A stretch of DNA of 47,543 nucleotides from Acidimicrobiia bacterium (GTDB lineage: Bacteria > Actinomycetota > Acidimicrobiia > Spongiisociales > ZC4RG35): positions 1 through 47,543 of the forward strand of contig JBBDWN010000019.1 in the NCBI GenBank assembly GCA_040902855.1. The letters are read 5' to 3'. Made by a program: the position numbers and the translations under genes. This document shows, in pieces, positions 1 through 9,132 of this stretch. Below the pieces are notes generated by a model. It was given only the letters and a program-made list of their open reading frames with translations, had not been told where the DNA came from and ran no database searches. Within the stretch, counting starts at the first letter, position 1, and each line of letters starts with the position of its first letter.

Positions 1-972
1 TGCGCCGAGCGCCAGACCGCCCATCGCGCCTATTCCGCCCGCCAACTCCGGTCGCGAGGTCACCGAGGCGAACACACCAAGCAGGATGGCTGCGACCCAT
101 ATCAGGAGTGCGCCCCGCAGAGTTCGAACGGACCCAACCGCCTCGACCACTCGTCCACCAGCGACTCCACCGACGACGGCAGTGGTGATCGCGACCAGCA
201 GGAGGTTCTGTGAACCCTGACGGTCGAGGCCGAGCTCGGAGATCGCGAAGATCGTCAGGAATCCACCGATGAGCGTGTTGATGGCGTCGGTATAGAGAAA
301 TCGGGAGATCAGGAAACGAACGACGTCCGGATGTGAGCGCGCCTTCCGCCACGACGCGGCCAAACCTGTGATGACGGTGGTGAGCGGCGGGGGAACGCTG
401 TCGGCGGCGACTGCCGGCTCGCGGACCAGGACGAAGGTCGGGATCGCGGACAGCATGAATCCGGCAGCGAGGGCGACGAAGGTGAAGCCGTACCCGACGT
501 CGAGCACGTCCATGGTGAGCGCACCAAGTCCGACGCCGATGAACGACCCGATGTAGCCGACACCTACCCCCAGTCCCGAAACTCGACCCTGTCGGTCAGC
601 GGAGGCGACAACGGGGAGGAGGGCGTCATAGACGACCGAACCTGTGTTCACAGCGACCAGCGCGACGCCAAGGAGCAGGAAGGTGATCGGGACCGGCCCC
701 CAAGTGAGTCCCGCCGTGGCGACGACGGCGATGACCGTGGTGACAACGAGGGCGGGCAGGCGCCGACCGGTGGCATCGCTGCGAGATCCGATCCACGGTG
801 CGAGGAAGATCACACAGACGCCTGCGGTGGAATGGGTGAGTGCCAGCGTCGAGTCGGCAAGATTCTGCGATGTGAGCCAGTCGGGTACGTAGAGCCCGAC
901 CACGCCGAGTGCGAAGATGGTGTTGGCGAGGTCGTAGGCGACCCAGCCGATGGTGGCCCGTCGCTCGTTCAG
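1..972 (-). CDS. MFS transporter, UMF1/Atg22-like family (C-terminus runs off the window; start codon unresolved)
   Basis: My own minus-strand translation gives an open frame: ...NERRATIGWVAYDLANTIFALGVVGLYVPDW...IGSRSDATGRR... with successive hydrophobic helices. The N-terminus aligns with the paralog at 6351-7946 (NDRRTIFGWAMYDWANSAYS). It is absent from the ORF track because the frame is open at the window edge. There is no ATG or GTG near the conserved N-terminus. Confidence 0.6.
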   Translation of the reverse strand, partial: MNERRATIGWVAYDLANTIFALGVVGLYVPDWLTSQNLADSTLALTHSTAGVCVIFLAPWIGSRSDATGRRLPALVVTTVIAVVATAGLTWGPVPITFLLLGVALVAVNTGSVVYDALLPVVASADRQGRVSGLGVGVGYIGSFIGVGLGALTMDVLDVGYGFTFVALAAGFMLSAIPTFVLVREPAVAADSVPPPLTTVITGLAASWRKARSHPDVVRFLISRFLYTDAINTLIGGFLTIFAISELGLDRQGSQNLLLVAITTAVVGGVAGGRVVEAVGSVRTLRGALLIWVAAILLGVFASVTSRPELAGGIGAMGGLALGA

Positions 973-2039
973 AAGGTGACCGCCACCGAGATCAGTTCGT
1001 CGTGTCCCAGCAGCCCGGCGGTCGCCTGGATGGCGCGGTTGGATTCGTCGAGCGGAAACTGATGACTCACCATGTCGTCGATTCGCGGATCGCATTCGAG
1101 CTGGCGACACGCCCACCGATATGCCGTTCCGGACGCACCGAGCGCACCCTTGATCGACAGTTCCTTGGCGATGATGATGTCGGAGAAGAGGGCCTGTAGC
1201 GGCCGGTTGCCCTTTGTCGAGGCGAGGATCACCCGCCCTCCCGATCGCACCAGGTCGAAGCCGGTGTAGATCGCCTCGGGATCGTTCGAGGTGACGTCGA
1301 TCACGACGTCCGGCCGAGTTCCCAACGATCCTGCGACCGCCATACCGAGATCCTCGACGTCGATGTTCACTGTGAGGTCGGCGCCGAGGCGAGTGGCGAG
1401 ATCGAGGCGGTCGGAGTCGTGGTCGAGTCCGCTGATGCCGACCCACCCGGCGCCGGCGGCCTGGGCAGCGATGAGGCACGAGAGCCCTCGAGGGCCGGGG
1501 CCGAGGATGAGAACCGACTCGCCCTCCGAGAGTGCTGCCAACTCGTTCACCCATGTGTACCCGGACGCCAGGGGGTGGGCGAACGTCGCCACCTCCGCTT
1601 GGATGTCGTCGGTGATCGTGTGCACGACGGCTCGTGGGTCGAGATAGACCCGTTCTGCGAGTCCGCCCCACAGTCCAGGCCCCTCGGTCGAAGGCAGTTG
1701 GCCATACATGTTCAGCGGCCGGCGCGACGTGCAAGAGGACAACCCGCTCCCGCAGGACGAGCATTCGCCGCACCGAATCAATGCTTCGACCAGCACCCGG
1801 GTGCCGACTTCGGGGAGGTCTCCTTCACCCCGGGACGCGATACGACCGACGATCTGGCTTCCGGGGATGAGGGGATAGATGAGGCTTCCGTTGTCGCCGC
1901 GCCACGCTTGGACTTCCAGTCCCGACAGGCCGGTGGCTTCGACTGCAAGCCATCCACCCTCGTCGACGGTGCGGTAGGGCAGCACCGACGCGGTCAGACG
2001 CCGGGGTTCGACGAGAACCATCGCTTTCACATCTGTCAT
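969..2039 (-). CDS. Zn-dependent alcohol/threonine dehydrogenase-like oxidoreductase (MDR superfamily)
   Basis: 356-aa ORF. Structural-zinc Cys cluster CGECSSCGSGLSSC, Rossmann motif LILGPGPRGL, and typical N-terminus KAMVLVEP. An alternative GTG start lies 3 codons in. Confidence 0.85.
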   Translation of the reverse strand: MTDVKAMVLVEPRRLTASVLPYRTVDEGGWLAVEATGLSGLEVQAWRGDNGSLIYPLIPGSQIVGRIASRGEGDLPEVGTRVLVEALIRCGECSSCGSGLSSCTSRRPLNMYGQLPSTEGPGLWGGLAERVYLDPRAVVHTITDDIQAEVATFAHPLASGYTWVNELAALSEGESVLILGPGPRGLSCLIAAQAAGAGWVGISGLDHDSDRLDLATRLGADLTVNIDVEDLGMAVAGSLGTRPDVVIDVTSNDPEAIYTGFDLVRSGGRVILASTKGNRPLQALFSDIIIAKELSIKGALGASGTAYRWACRQLECDPRIDDMVSHQFPLDESNRAIQATAGLLGHDELISVAVTF

Positions 2040-2087
2040 CGCTGCCCCCTGACCAGTCGCGAGTATCGACCCTACGTTTGTCGACGT

Positions 2088-3266
2088 TCAGTCGAGAAAA
2101 TTGCGGAGGCGGGTGAGGCCTTCGACGAGATGTTCATCCGACAGGGCGTACGAGAGGCGTGCGTATCCGGGAGCACCGAACGCTTCACCCGGCACCATCG
2201 CCACCTCCGCTTCCTCGAGTGCGGCGGCGCACAGGTCGATGCTCGACGAGAAGCGGCCAGAGGCAAGGATCTCCTCGAACGAGGGGAAGCAGTAGAAGGC
2301 TCCGTGCGGTTCGGCGCACGTCACGCCGGGAATCGCGCGCAACATCGAGTACATGGTCTGCCGGCGACGATCGAAGCCCTGACGCATCTCCTCGACGGGT
2401 TCGGTCGGGCCACCGACGGCGGCGAGAGCGGCTCGCTGGCTCACGTTCGAAACGTTGGAGGTGGCATGGGACTGAAGGTTCGACGCCGCCTTGATCACGT
2501 CGGCGGGCCCGATCATCCAGCCCACTCGCCAACCGGTCATGGCGTACGTCTTCGAGACCCCTCCGATGATGACCCAGCGATCCTCCAGGCCAGGGGTCAC
2601 GCCGGGGAGGGAAGTGAAGACGGTGTCGCCGTACACGAGATGCTGGTAGATGTCGTCGGTGAGCACCCAGACGCCTCTGCTCGCGGCCCATTCGCCGATC
2701 GCCCCGGTCTGCTCCGGGTCGTACACCGCCCCCGTCGGATTGGACGGGGAGACGAACATGAGGGCCTTCGTGCGTGGGGTCCAGGCGGCGTCCAACTGTT
2801 CGACCGTCACTTTGAAGTCGGCGGCGACGGTCGTCGGCACGGAAACGGGGACCCCTCCGGCGAGCTTCACCGCCTCCGGGTAGGTCACCCAATACGGAGC
2901 GGGGATGATCACTTCGTCGCCGGGATCGAGCAGCGATGCGAAGGTTTGGAAGACTGCCTGCTTGCCGCCATTCGTGACGAGAACCTGTGATGCCGGGATC
3001 GTCAGCCCGTCGTCGGCGGAGGTTCGTCGAGCGACCGCCTCTCTGAGTTCCGTCAGTCCGGCATTCGCCGAGTACCTGTGATTCACCGGGTCGCGCGATG
3101 CCGCGACCGCCGCCTCGACGATGTGGCTCGGAGTCGGGTAGTCGGGTTCGCCCGCGCCGAACGAGATCACGTCGCGGCCTTCGGTCTGCATGACTTTCGC
3201 CCGGTTGCTGATGGCCATCGTGGCGGATTCGGAGATTGCCCCGAGCCGCGCAGAAACTCGTGTCAT
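2088..3266 (-). CDS. aspC: Class I pyridoxal-phosphate aminotransferase (aspartate aminotransferase type)
   Basis: 392-aa ORF. Motifs [20 protein letters not shown], and the PLP-lysine motif [13 protein letters not shown]. Confidence 0.88.
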   Translation of the reverse strand: MTRVSARLGAISESATMAISNRAKVMQTEGRDVISFGAGEPDYPTPSHIVEAAVAASRDPVNHRYSANAGLTELREAVARRTSADDGLTIPASQVLVTNGGKQAVFQTFASLLDPGDEVIIPAPYWVTYPEAVKLAGGVPVSVPTTVAADFKVTVEQLDAAWTPRTKALMFVSPSNPTGAVYDPEQTGAIGEWAASRGVWVLTDDIYQHLVYGDTVFTSLPGVTPGLEDRWVIIGGVSKTYAMTGWRVGWMIGPADVIKAASNLQSHATSNVSNVSQRAALAAVGGPTEPVEEMRQGFDRRRQTMYSMLRAIPGVTCAEPHGAFYCFPSFEEILASGRFSSSIDLCAAALEEAEVAMVPGEAFGAPGYARLSYALSDEHLVEGLTRLRNFLD

Positions 3267-3335
3267 CGTCTGCTCTCTCTCATGGCGGCGGAGGTTACGC
3301 CGTCTCCGATCACGGAAAACCTGAACGGAGAGGTC

Positions 3336-3367
3336 AACGAGAAAACCCGCCGGGTGGCCGGCGGGTT
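3336..3367 (-). terminator. Intrinsic terminator after the small hydrophilin gene
   Basis: Perfect 10-bp stem AACCCGCCGG/CCGGCGGGTT (3344-3367) with a 4-nt loop. On the minus strand it is followed by TTTCTCGTT, about 25 nt after the stop at 3392. Confidence 0.75.
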
Positions 3368-3391
3368 CTTCGATCTCGTTCCCGCAGAGGC

Positions 3392-3772
3392 TCAGTCGGT
3401 CTTCTGTTCTTCGGCGGCGTCCTGCACGGCCTCGGCTGCTTCTCCCACCGTCTCCTCGACAGCGTCGGTGGCGTCTTCCACCTTCGACTCGGCGGTGTCC
3501 GCCGCGGCGGCTGCCTTCTCGGCGCCCTTGTCGCGCGCTTCGTCGATCTTCTCCTCGACCTTCTCCCAGGTGTCTCCTGCCACGTCCTTTGCCTTCACGT
3601 AGGCTTCACCTGCTGCGGTCTTGGCCTTGTCGACCATCGGCGTCGCCTTCTCGTAGGCCTCACTTGCTGCGGTCTTGGCCTTGTCGACCATCGGTGCTGC
3701 CTTCTCGGAGAGTTCGGCGGCTTCGGCCTTGGCCTTGCCGAACCACCCCTTGAGCGTGTCCATGAATCCCAT
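3392..3772 (-). CDS. Small Ala/Lys/Glu-rich hydrophilic protein with an internal 18-aa repeat (LEA-like / amphipathic-helix hydrophilin)
   Basis: ATG at 3772 is preceded by AAGGAGGA. The 126-aa product begins [17 protein letters not shown] and contains no hydrophobic segment. The longer 180-aa ORF-track version adds an Arg/Pro-rich extension that overlaps the upstream nuclease gene. Confidence 0.7.
   Translation of the reverse strand: MGFMDTLKGWFGKAKAEAAELSEKAAPMVDKAKTAASEAYEKATPMVDKAKTAAGEAYVKAKDVAGDTWEKVEEKIDEARDKGAEKAAAAADTAESKVEDATDAVEETVGEAAEAVQDAAEEQKTD
3599..3706. repeat. 54-bp tandem direct repeat x2 inside the hydrophilin CDS
   Basis: 3599-3652 versus 3653-3706 differ at 5 of 54 positions. 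They encode [18 protein letters not shown] / [18 protein letters not shown]. Confidence 0.9.
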
Positions 3773-3812
3773 GTGTCCGTCCTCCTTTGGGCGAATGGTA
3801 TCGGCCCCGGCC

Positions 3813-4664
3813 CTATGGGGCATACCGAACGTGGGTGAGCACGGTGCCGCCTGGTGCCAGCAGGAGTGCAGAGTCACCCCCGTTGTTCCAGATCGGGGTG
3901 GTCGAACACCACCCGATACCTTCTTGCGGGTCACATCCGGACGTAATCTCGAGCCGGTCTCCAGGTCTGATGACAGTCCCGGGCGGGAATCGGAGCCTGT
4001 TCACACTCGACTCGTCTCGCAGCACGAAATCCGTGAGGTCGAGATCCGACGCCCCTCGGTTGACGATCGTCACGATCTCGTCGTGCAGCACTTCGTGGTC
4101 CGGGCCGGGAGGGTCAGGTTCGGTCATCTCAATCTCAACGTCGGCGACCACCCGCTCGCCGCACGACGCCGGGTTCCACATCCCCACGCGACGCAGTCGG
4201 GCGGAGTCTTCGGCGTCGATCAACGCTGCCGCCAGTTCCTCGCCATCGGACATCGCGAGCGCGTCTCCGCGTTCGACCAGAGCGGCATTCACCAGGTTTG
4301 CAGCAGACCACACATATCCGACGGTCCGTCCGTACTGGTCCGTGCCGACCACTTCGAGAATTGCCTCGTCGGCCACGAGTGCGTCCAGGGAGCGGCTGGC
4401 GACATCGGCGTGGCACTCGTCTGACTCCGGAGCGTTGATGCCTGCAAGACGAACGTCGATCACCGAGCCGGCCAGATCGACGCGAAGCGAATCGCCGTCG
4501 ACGACGGCGACCACCGACACCGTCCTCGCCGTCGGCGGAGGATCAGGCCACTCGCCAGGAGCGACGTCGGTCGGCGGGGCGGCGTTACCACAGCCTGCCA
4601 GGACCAACGCCGTCAGCGTGAAGCGCGCGCGGCCTCGCGGGCTGCGATGGCGACGAGATCCCAT
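3813..4664 (-). CDS. Secreted lipoprotein: staphylococcal-nuclease (thermonuclease)-like domain fused to a lamin-tail-like (LTD) domain
   Basis: ATG at 4664 gives the signal peptide MGSRRHRSPRGRARFTLTALVLAGC (lipobox LAGC). SNase-like core: DGDSLRV...RLAGINAPE...GTDQYGRTVGYV. C-terminal LTD-like segment: EIVTIVNRGASDLDLTDFVLRDES...RPGDRLEI. Confidence 0.75.
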   Translation of the reverse strand: MGSRRHRSPRGRARFTLTALVLAGCGNAAPPTDVAPGEWPDPPPTARTVSVVAVVDGDSLRVDLAGSVIDVRLAGINAPESDECHADVASRSLDALVADEAILEVVGTDQYGRTVGYVWSAANLVNAALVERGDALAMSDGEELAAALIDAEDSARLRRVGMWNPASCGERVVADVEIEMTEPDPPGPDHEVLHDEIVTIVNRGASDLDLTDFVLRDESSVNRLRFPPGTVIRPGDRLEITSGCDPQEGIGWCSTTPIWNNGGDSALLLAPGGTVLTHVRYAP

Positions 4665-5968
4665 GTTCCCGAAAATGGTGGTGCGTATGACAGGTCGGTC
4701 CACTCGAGATCGGCAGCCGTCATCCGATTCCAGATGGCGGTGGCGAAGACATCGACGCGCTTTCCGGCACCTGGCCCTCCGACGATCTGTGCACCGAGCA
4801 GGGTTCCGTTTCCACGCTCGGCGACAGCCCGGATCGTCATGGCCGACGCCCCGGGCATGTAGCCCGCCGTGGTCGTGCCGCGGGCGGTGCCCGCGACGGC
4901 GTCGAAACCTGCTTCGAGGGCGTCGGCGAGCCGAAGGCCGACGCTGGCGATCTCGATATCGCACACCCTGGTGATGGCGGTTCCGAGCGTGCCTGGGAAT
5001 GTTGCCTGTTCTCCGCCCAGATTGATTCCGGCGACCCGTCCGGTTTTGTTGGCGACGGTCCCCAGATGGACGTTCGTCGGCCTGTTGGTGAGTCGGTGGG
5101 TGACCTCGGCGCAGTCGCCCGCGGCCCACACGCGGTCTACCGGTGTGCGCTGGGTGTTGTCGACTCTGATGGCGCCTGTCGGTCCGAGCGGAATGTCGGC
5201 CGCCTCTGCCAGTTCCACTTCGGGTCGGCTGCCCAGTCCGAGCACGACTGCCCTCGCGGGGATCGTCGTGTCGCCGATCTCGACGGCTTCGACCCGTTCG
5301 GTGCCGAGGATGCAGTCGACTCTGGTGTCCGTGGCGACGGTGATCCCGCGGTTTCTCATGGCCTCGACCACCTCGACACTCAGATCAGGATCGAGCATGC
5401 GGTCGAGCACGCCGGGATGGGCAGACACCACAGTGACGTCCCATCCGCGAGCGTGGAACGCCTCGGCGGTCTCCAGGCCGATGTATCCGCCGCCGACAAC
5501 GACGACCGAGTTCGGGCCCTCGTCGGCGATGGCCCGTAGTTCTGCGGCGTCGTCGAGAGTGCGGAGTTCGTGTACGCCGTCGAGGTCGCGACCGGTGATG
5601 CCGGGGCGGACCGCGGTCGCCCCGGTAGCGATGAGCAACTGGTCGTAGTGGTCGTCGAACACCGCGTCGTCGTCCAAACGGTGAACCGTGACGGTGCGCG
5701 CCACCGTGTCGATGGCGGTGACTTCATGACGGATGTGGACCGAAATGTGCCGACGGGCGAACTGTTCGGGGGTGCGGGCGACGAGCGCTTCGAGCGGGTC
5801 CACCTCTCCGGCGATGTGATACGGCTCGCCGCACGCCGAGTAGGAGACCCACGAGGAGCGCTCGTAGGCGACGATCTCGAGATCGTCTGGGCCCCTCCGG
5901 CGGCGCGCCTGGGATGCGGCCGACATGCCGGCGGCGTCCCCTCCGATGACGACGAGTCGTTCCGTCAC
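4613..5968 (-). CDS. FAD-dependent pyridine nucleotide-disulfide oxidoreductase, CoA-disulfide reductase / NADH oxidase family
   Basis: GTG at 5968 gives VTERLVVIGGDAAGMSAA (FAD-binding GxGxxG). Single redox-Cys motif VSYSACGEPY. Second dinucleotide fold VVVGGGYIGLE. 451 aa. Confidence 0.8.
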   Translation of the reverse strand: MTERLVVIGGDAAGMSAASQARRRRGPDDLEIVAYERSSWVSYSACGEPYHIAGEVDPLEALVARTPEQFARRHISVHIRHEVTAIDTVARTVTVHRLDDDAVFDDHYDQLLIATGATAVRPGITGRDLDGVHELRTLDDAAELRAIADEGPNSVVVVGGGYIGLETAEAFHARGWDVTVVSAHPGVLDRMLDPDLSVEVVEAMRNRGITVATDTRVDCILGTERVEAVEIGDTTIPARAVVLGLGSRPEVELAEAADIPLGPTGAIRVDNTQRTPVDRVWAAGDCAEVTHRLTNRPTNVHLGTVANKTGRVAGINLGGEQATFPGTLGTAITRVCDIEIASVGLRLADALEAGFDAVAGTARGTTTAGYMPGASAMTIRAVAERGNGTLLGAQIVGGPGAGKRVDVFATAIWNRMTAADLEWTDLSYAPPFSGTWDLVAIAAREAARASR

Positions 5969-6294
5969 TGCTCGCGGCGGAGCCTGCGCAGTTCTTCCTT
6001 TTCTGCTTTGCGGATTCGCCTGCGACGACGAAGCGCGGCGCCGAGGAATTCGTCGAGCAGAACGGATATCGCGATCACGACGATGATGATCAGCGAGAGG
6101 GGGTACTCGCCTTCCCAGCCGAGAAATCGGAGGGCCACTTCTTGGACGTTCTGGACGACGAACACGACCAGGAGGATGACGCTGAGAAGGAATCCGGCGA
6201 GACCCCACGGCACGCCCGGTCCCTCGCTCCGGGATGGTTCCTCTCGGGGTTCGTCGGTCTCGTCAGGGCGCGGTTCGTCGTTCATGTCGTTCAT
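5965..6294 (-). CDS. Small membrane protein with a LapA-like (DUF1049) domain and an acidic N-terminus
   Basis: 109 aa starting MNDMNDEPRPDETDEP. Two TM helices around the motif VVQNVQEVALRFLGW. Basic C-terminal tail. Its stop overlaps the next gene's start (caGTGAcg). Confidence 0.65.
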   Translation of the reverse strand: MNDMNDEPRPDETDEPREEPSRSEGPGVPWGLAGFLLSVILLVVFVVQNVQEVALRFLGWEGEYPLSLIIIVVIAISVLLDEFLGAALRRRRRIRKAEKEELRRLRREQ

Positions 6295-6323
6295 CCTACG
6301 CCTGGTGGTTTCTGCTCTGCATC

Positions 6324-6343
6324 GCGGTTCAGTAATGAACCGC
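6324..6343 (-). terminator. Hairpin downstream of the MFS gene (possible terminator, no U-tract)
   Basis: Perfect 8-bp stem GCGGTTCA/TGAACCGC with a 4-nt loop, 8 nt after the stop at 6351. Confidence 0.4.
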
Positions 6344-6350
6344 TGCCCCG

Positions 6351-7946
6351 CTAAAAAGCCCAGTCGGCTTTGGAGCGGCGGGCGGCTTCCACGTCGACCC
6401 GGGAGAACACGACGAGGCCGAGGACGAAGAAGACGACGACGGACAGGATGGCCACCCGACTCGACTCGCCCGAACCGCTCACGAGACCGAAGATGAGCGG
6501 GCCCCAGATCGCCGAGAACTTCGAGAACACCGAGTAGAAGCCGTAGAACTCCGCAGATGCCTCCTCCGGGATCATCGATCCGTAGAGGCTTCGGCTGAGG
6601 GCCTGGATACCCCCGAGGACCACGCCGATCACCACTCCGAGCGAGAGGAACGGGACCGCTTCGCCCACGGGGAGCTGGTAGGCCAGGATCGCGATCACGA
6701 CCCAGACCACCAGGTTTGCCTGAATCGCCCGCTTGATGTGGAGCTTCGAAGCCAGCCACCCGAAGAGGAGTGCCCCGCCGAACGCCACGAACTGGACGAC
6801 GAGAAACGTGACGGCGATCACCGCGGTGTCCAACTGCAGCGTGCCTGCGGCGTAGGCGGCGGACACGTTGATCGTCGTCTGGACTCCGTCGTTGTAGAGC
6901 ATGTAGGCGAGGATGAAGAGAAGCAGGTGCGGGAAGTTCCGCAGCTTGGCCGCGGTGTCGAACATGCGGGCGAACCCGATCCCCGCCAGGCGGGAGTACT
7001 GGCCGGTGAGCGCAACCGTGGCCGGAGATCGCGAGGTGGCGATCCGATACACCGAATAGATCAGTGCTGCCATCCACGCCAGCAGAACGGCGTTGAACAC
7101 GCCTTCGCGGGCACCCGTGAGCAGAAGGAACAGCAACGAAACCACGCCGGCGGCGATCCCCGCCGACAGCCAGGTGACGCCGCGCACCCAGGAACGGGGC
7201 ACCGTCACCGATTCGGGGAGGTCCGACCTCGACCCGGTCTCGTCGAGACGGGACAGGGCAAACCGGGTGAACCCCGCCCACCACAAGCCGGTGGCGCCGA
7301 TTCCGATGCGAGCCGCCAGGGCCCCGTCGTCGGAGAACTGGATCATGGCGATCACGACGCCGAGCCAGACACCCCCGCCGATGTACCCGAGGGCGAACCC
7401 TCGCGAGCTGACCTTGTCGATCGTGTCTGGAGTCGAGATGTCGGGGAGGAACCCGTCGTAGAACACGTTGGCGCCGACGAAGCCGATCTGTGCGAGGAGG
7501 AAGAGTCCCAGGGTGGCGAGCACGTTCCCGCTGGTCGCGAGGAAGAGCGAAGCGGTGAAGAGTGAACCGCCGTATGCGAAGGCGCGCAGAAAGCGTCGCT
7601 TGGAGGCAGAGAAGTCGGCGATGGCGCCCAGCACCGGCATGGCAAGGAACAGGAGCAAGGTTCCGAGTGCCAGCGTCAGCGCGAACAGGGACTCGCCGGA
7701 GCGACCGTTCCAGCCTTCGTCGCCCACCACTTCGCTCACGAAGAACGCAGGAAGCACCGCACCGGCGATGACGGTCGAATAGGCCGAATTCGCCCAGTCG
7801 TACATGGCCCATCCGAATATGGTGCGGCGGTCGTTCTTCACCGGGGCGACTGTACCTCCGGCCATCCGGCCGACGATGCCAGAAACCAGGTGGTTCTCAG
7901 CCGTCCCGGCGAGATCCGGTTGTCGGGCACCGGGGGATAGGGTCAC
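6351..7946 (-). CDS. MFS transporter, UMF1/Atg22-like family
   Basis: Polytopic membrane ORF starting FGWAMYDWANSAYSTVI. The longest ORF starts at GTG 7946, only 6 bp from the divergent gene. An ATG at 7865 (MAGGTVAPVKNDRR) is a more comfortable start. Confidence 0.8.
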   Translation of the reverse strand: MTLSPGARQPDLAGTAENHLVSGIVGRMAGGTVAPVKNDRRTIFGWAMYDWANSAYSTVIAGAVLPAFFVSEVVGDEGWNGRSGESLFALTLALGTLLLFLAMPVLGAIADFSASKRRFLRAFAYGGSLFTASLFLATSGNVLATLGLFLLAQIGFVGANVFYDGFLPDISTPDTIDKVSSRGFALGYIGGGVWLGVVIAMIQFSDDGALAARIGIGATGLWWAGFTRFALSRLDETGSRSDLPESVTVPRSWVRGVTWLSAGIAAGVVSLLFLLLTGAREGVFNAVLLAWMAALIYSVYRIATSRSPATVALTGQYSRLAGIGFARMFDTAAKLRNFPHLLLFILAYMLYNDGVQTTINVSAAYAAGTLQLDTAVIAVTFLVVQFVAFGGALLFGWLASKLHIKRAIQANLVVWVVIAILAYQLPVGEAVPFLSLGVVIGVVLGGIQALSRSLYGSMIPEEASAEFYGFYSVFSKFSAIWGPLIFGLVSGSGESSRVAILSVVVFFVLGLVVFSRVDVEAARRSKADWAF

Positions 7947-7952
7947 CGTCCC

Positions 7953-9116
7953 ATGCTTTGTCGTCTCTGCCTGGCCCTCGTGGTCCTCCTCGCCGGTTGT
8001 TCGCAGAGTGCCGTCACGACGACCACGGCTGCGGTGGTGACGTCTGGGACTGAGGCACCGGCGGCTGACACGACTTCGTCCACGACTTCGTCGACGACCA
8101 CGTCGACGGCTCCGGCAACCTCGACCACCGTCCCTCGCCCCGAGTTGCAGGGTCTCACGTACGCGGTCGTGGCTGACGGTCTGGATTTCCCGATCATCCT
8201 GATGCCGTGGACCGACGATGGTTCACTCGTCGGCTTCCGCGACGGTCGGGTCCACGCCTTCGACGGCGAGACCATCTCGGCCGAGCCGCTGTTCGACCTG
8301 GAGGTGTCCACCGACGGTGAACGGGGTCTCCTGGGGTTGGACTCCGTGGATGTGGACTCGGTGTACGTCCACTATTCCGACCCGGCGGGTGACACGGTGG
8401 TCTCCGAAGTCACGGTTTCGACCGGCGCCGAGAAGATCCTGCTGACGGTGTCCCAGCCCGCGTCCAACCACAACGGGGGGATGCTCCAGTTCGGACCTGA
8501 CGGCAGGTTGTATCTCGGACTCGGGGATGGTGGCGGCTCGAATGACCGGTTCGGCCACGGACAGAACACCGACACCCTGCTCGGCGGGATCGTCGCCATC
8601 GATCCGGAAAGCGGGGACTCGCGACTGTGGTCCTACGGTCTCCGGAACCCGTATCGCTTCTGGTTCGACGGCGAAGTGCTCTACATCGGTGACGTCGGCC
8701 AGGGCTCGTACGAAGAGGTCGACGTCGTCGGATACGCCCAGGAGGGATTCAACTTCGGGTGGCCCATCACAGAGGCACTCCATTGTTTCTCGCCCCGTAC
8801 CGGATGCGACACGGACGGGATCACCCTGCCGCTGGTCGAAGTCCCGCACGGCGATGCCGGTACCTGCTCGATCACAGGCGGAGTGGTGTATCGGGGCGAG
8901 TCGATCCCCGAACTCGACGGTCACTACTTCTACTCCGACTTCTGCGGAGGCTGGTTGCGGAGTTTCCGGTTCGACGGCTCCGACCTCACCGACCAGACGG
9001 ACTGGACGGATCAGGTCGGCATTGCCGGGAACGTGGTCTCGTTCGGAGTGGACCACGACGGCGAGGTCTACGTGCTCACTCCGGACGCCATCAGAAGGAT
9101 CGCACCACTCCGCTGA
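7953..9116 (+). CDS. PQQ-dependent sugar (glucose/sorbosone-type) dehydrogenase lipoprotein
   Basis: Signal peptide with lipobox MLCRLCLALVVLLAGC, followed by a Thr/Ser-rich linker. Beta-propeller motifs SNHNGGMLQFGPDGRLYLGLGDGG and WSYGLRNPYRFWFD. Confidence 0.8.
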   Translation: MLCRLCLALVVLLAGCSQSAVTTTTAAVVTSGTEAPAADTTSSTTSSTTTSTAPATSTTVPRPELQGLTYAVVADGLDFPIILMPWTDDGSLVGFRDGRVHAFDGETISAEPLFDLEVSTDGERGLLGLDSVDVDSVYVHYSDPAGDTVVSEVTVSTGAEKILLTVSQPASNHNGGMLQFGPDGRLYLGLGDGGGSNDRFGHGQNTDTLLGGIVAIDPESGDSRLWSYGLRNPYRFWFDGEVLYIGDVGQGSYEEVDVVGYAQEGFNFGWPITEALHCFSPRTGCDTDGITLPLVEVPHGDAGTCSITGGVVYRGESIPELDGHYFYSDFCGGWLRSFRFDGSDLTDQTDWTDQVGIAGNVVSFGVDHDGEVYVLTPDAIRRIAPLR

Positions 9117-9132
9117 TAGCCTCCCCGGCTGC

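Noticed and set aside
1419-2990. 523-aa plus-strand ORF spanning the ADH and aminotransferase loci. Similar long ORFs occur at 5965-7812 (upstream part), 9091-11049, 12308-13741, 18334-19704, 19616-20788, 24838-25689, 30119-32383 and 42265-43128.
   Set aside because: They lie antisense or out of frame to genes with clear family motifs. They are Arg/Gly/Pro/His-rich with no recognisable motifs. Such stop-free alternative frames are expected in very GC-rich DNA.
3773-3934. N-terminal extensions in the ORF track: 3392-3934, 3813-5129, 4613-6208, 13534-14475, 20832-22283, 22593-24764, 29061-30356, 37765-39177 and 45871-46737.
   Set aside because: The extensions are Arg/Pro-rich, overlap upstream genes, and lack RBSs. 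Internal starts give proper signal peptides or family-typical N-termini, often with a Shine-Dalgarno sequence or start-stop coupling.
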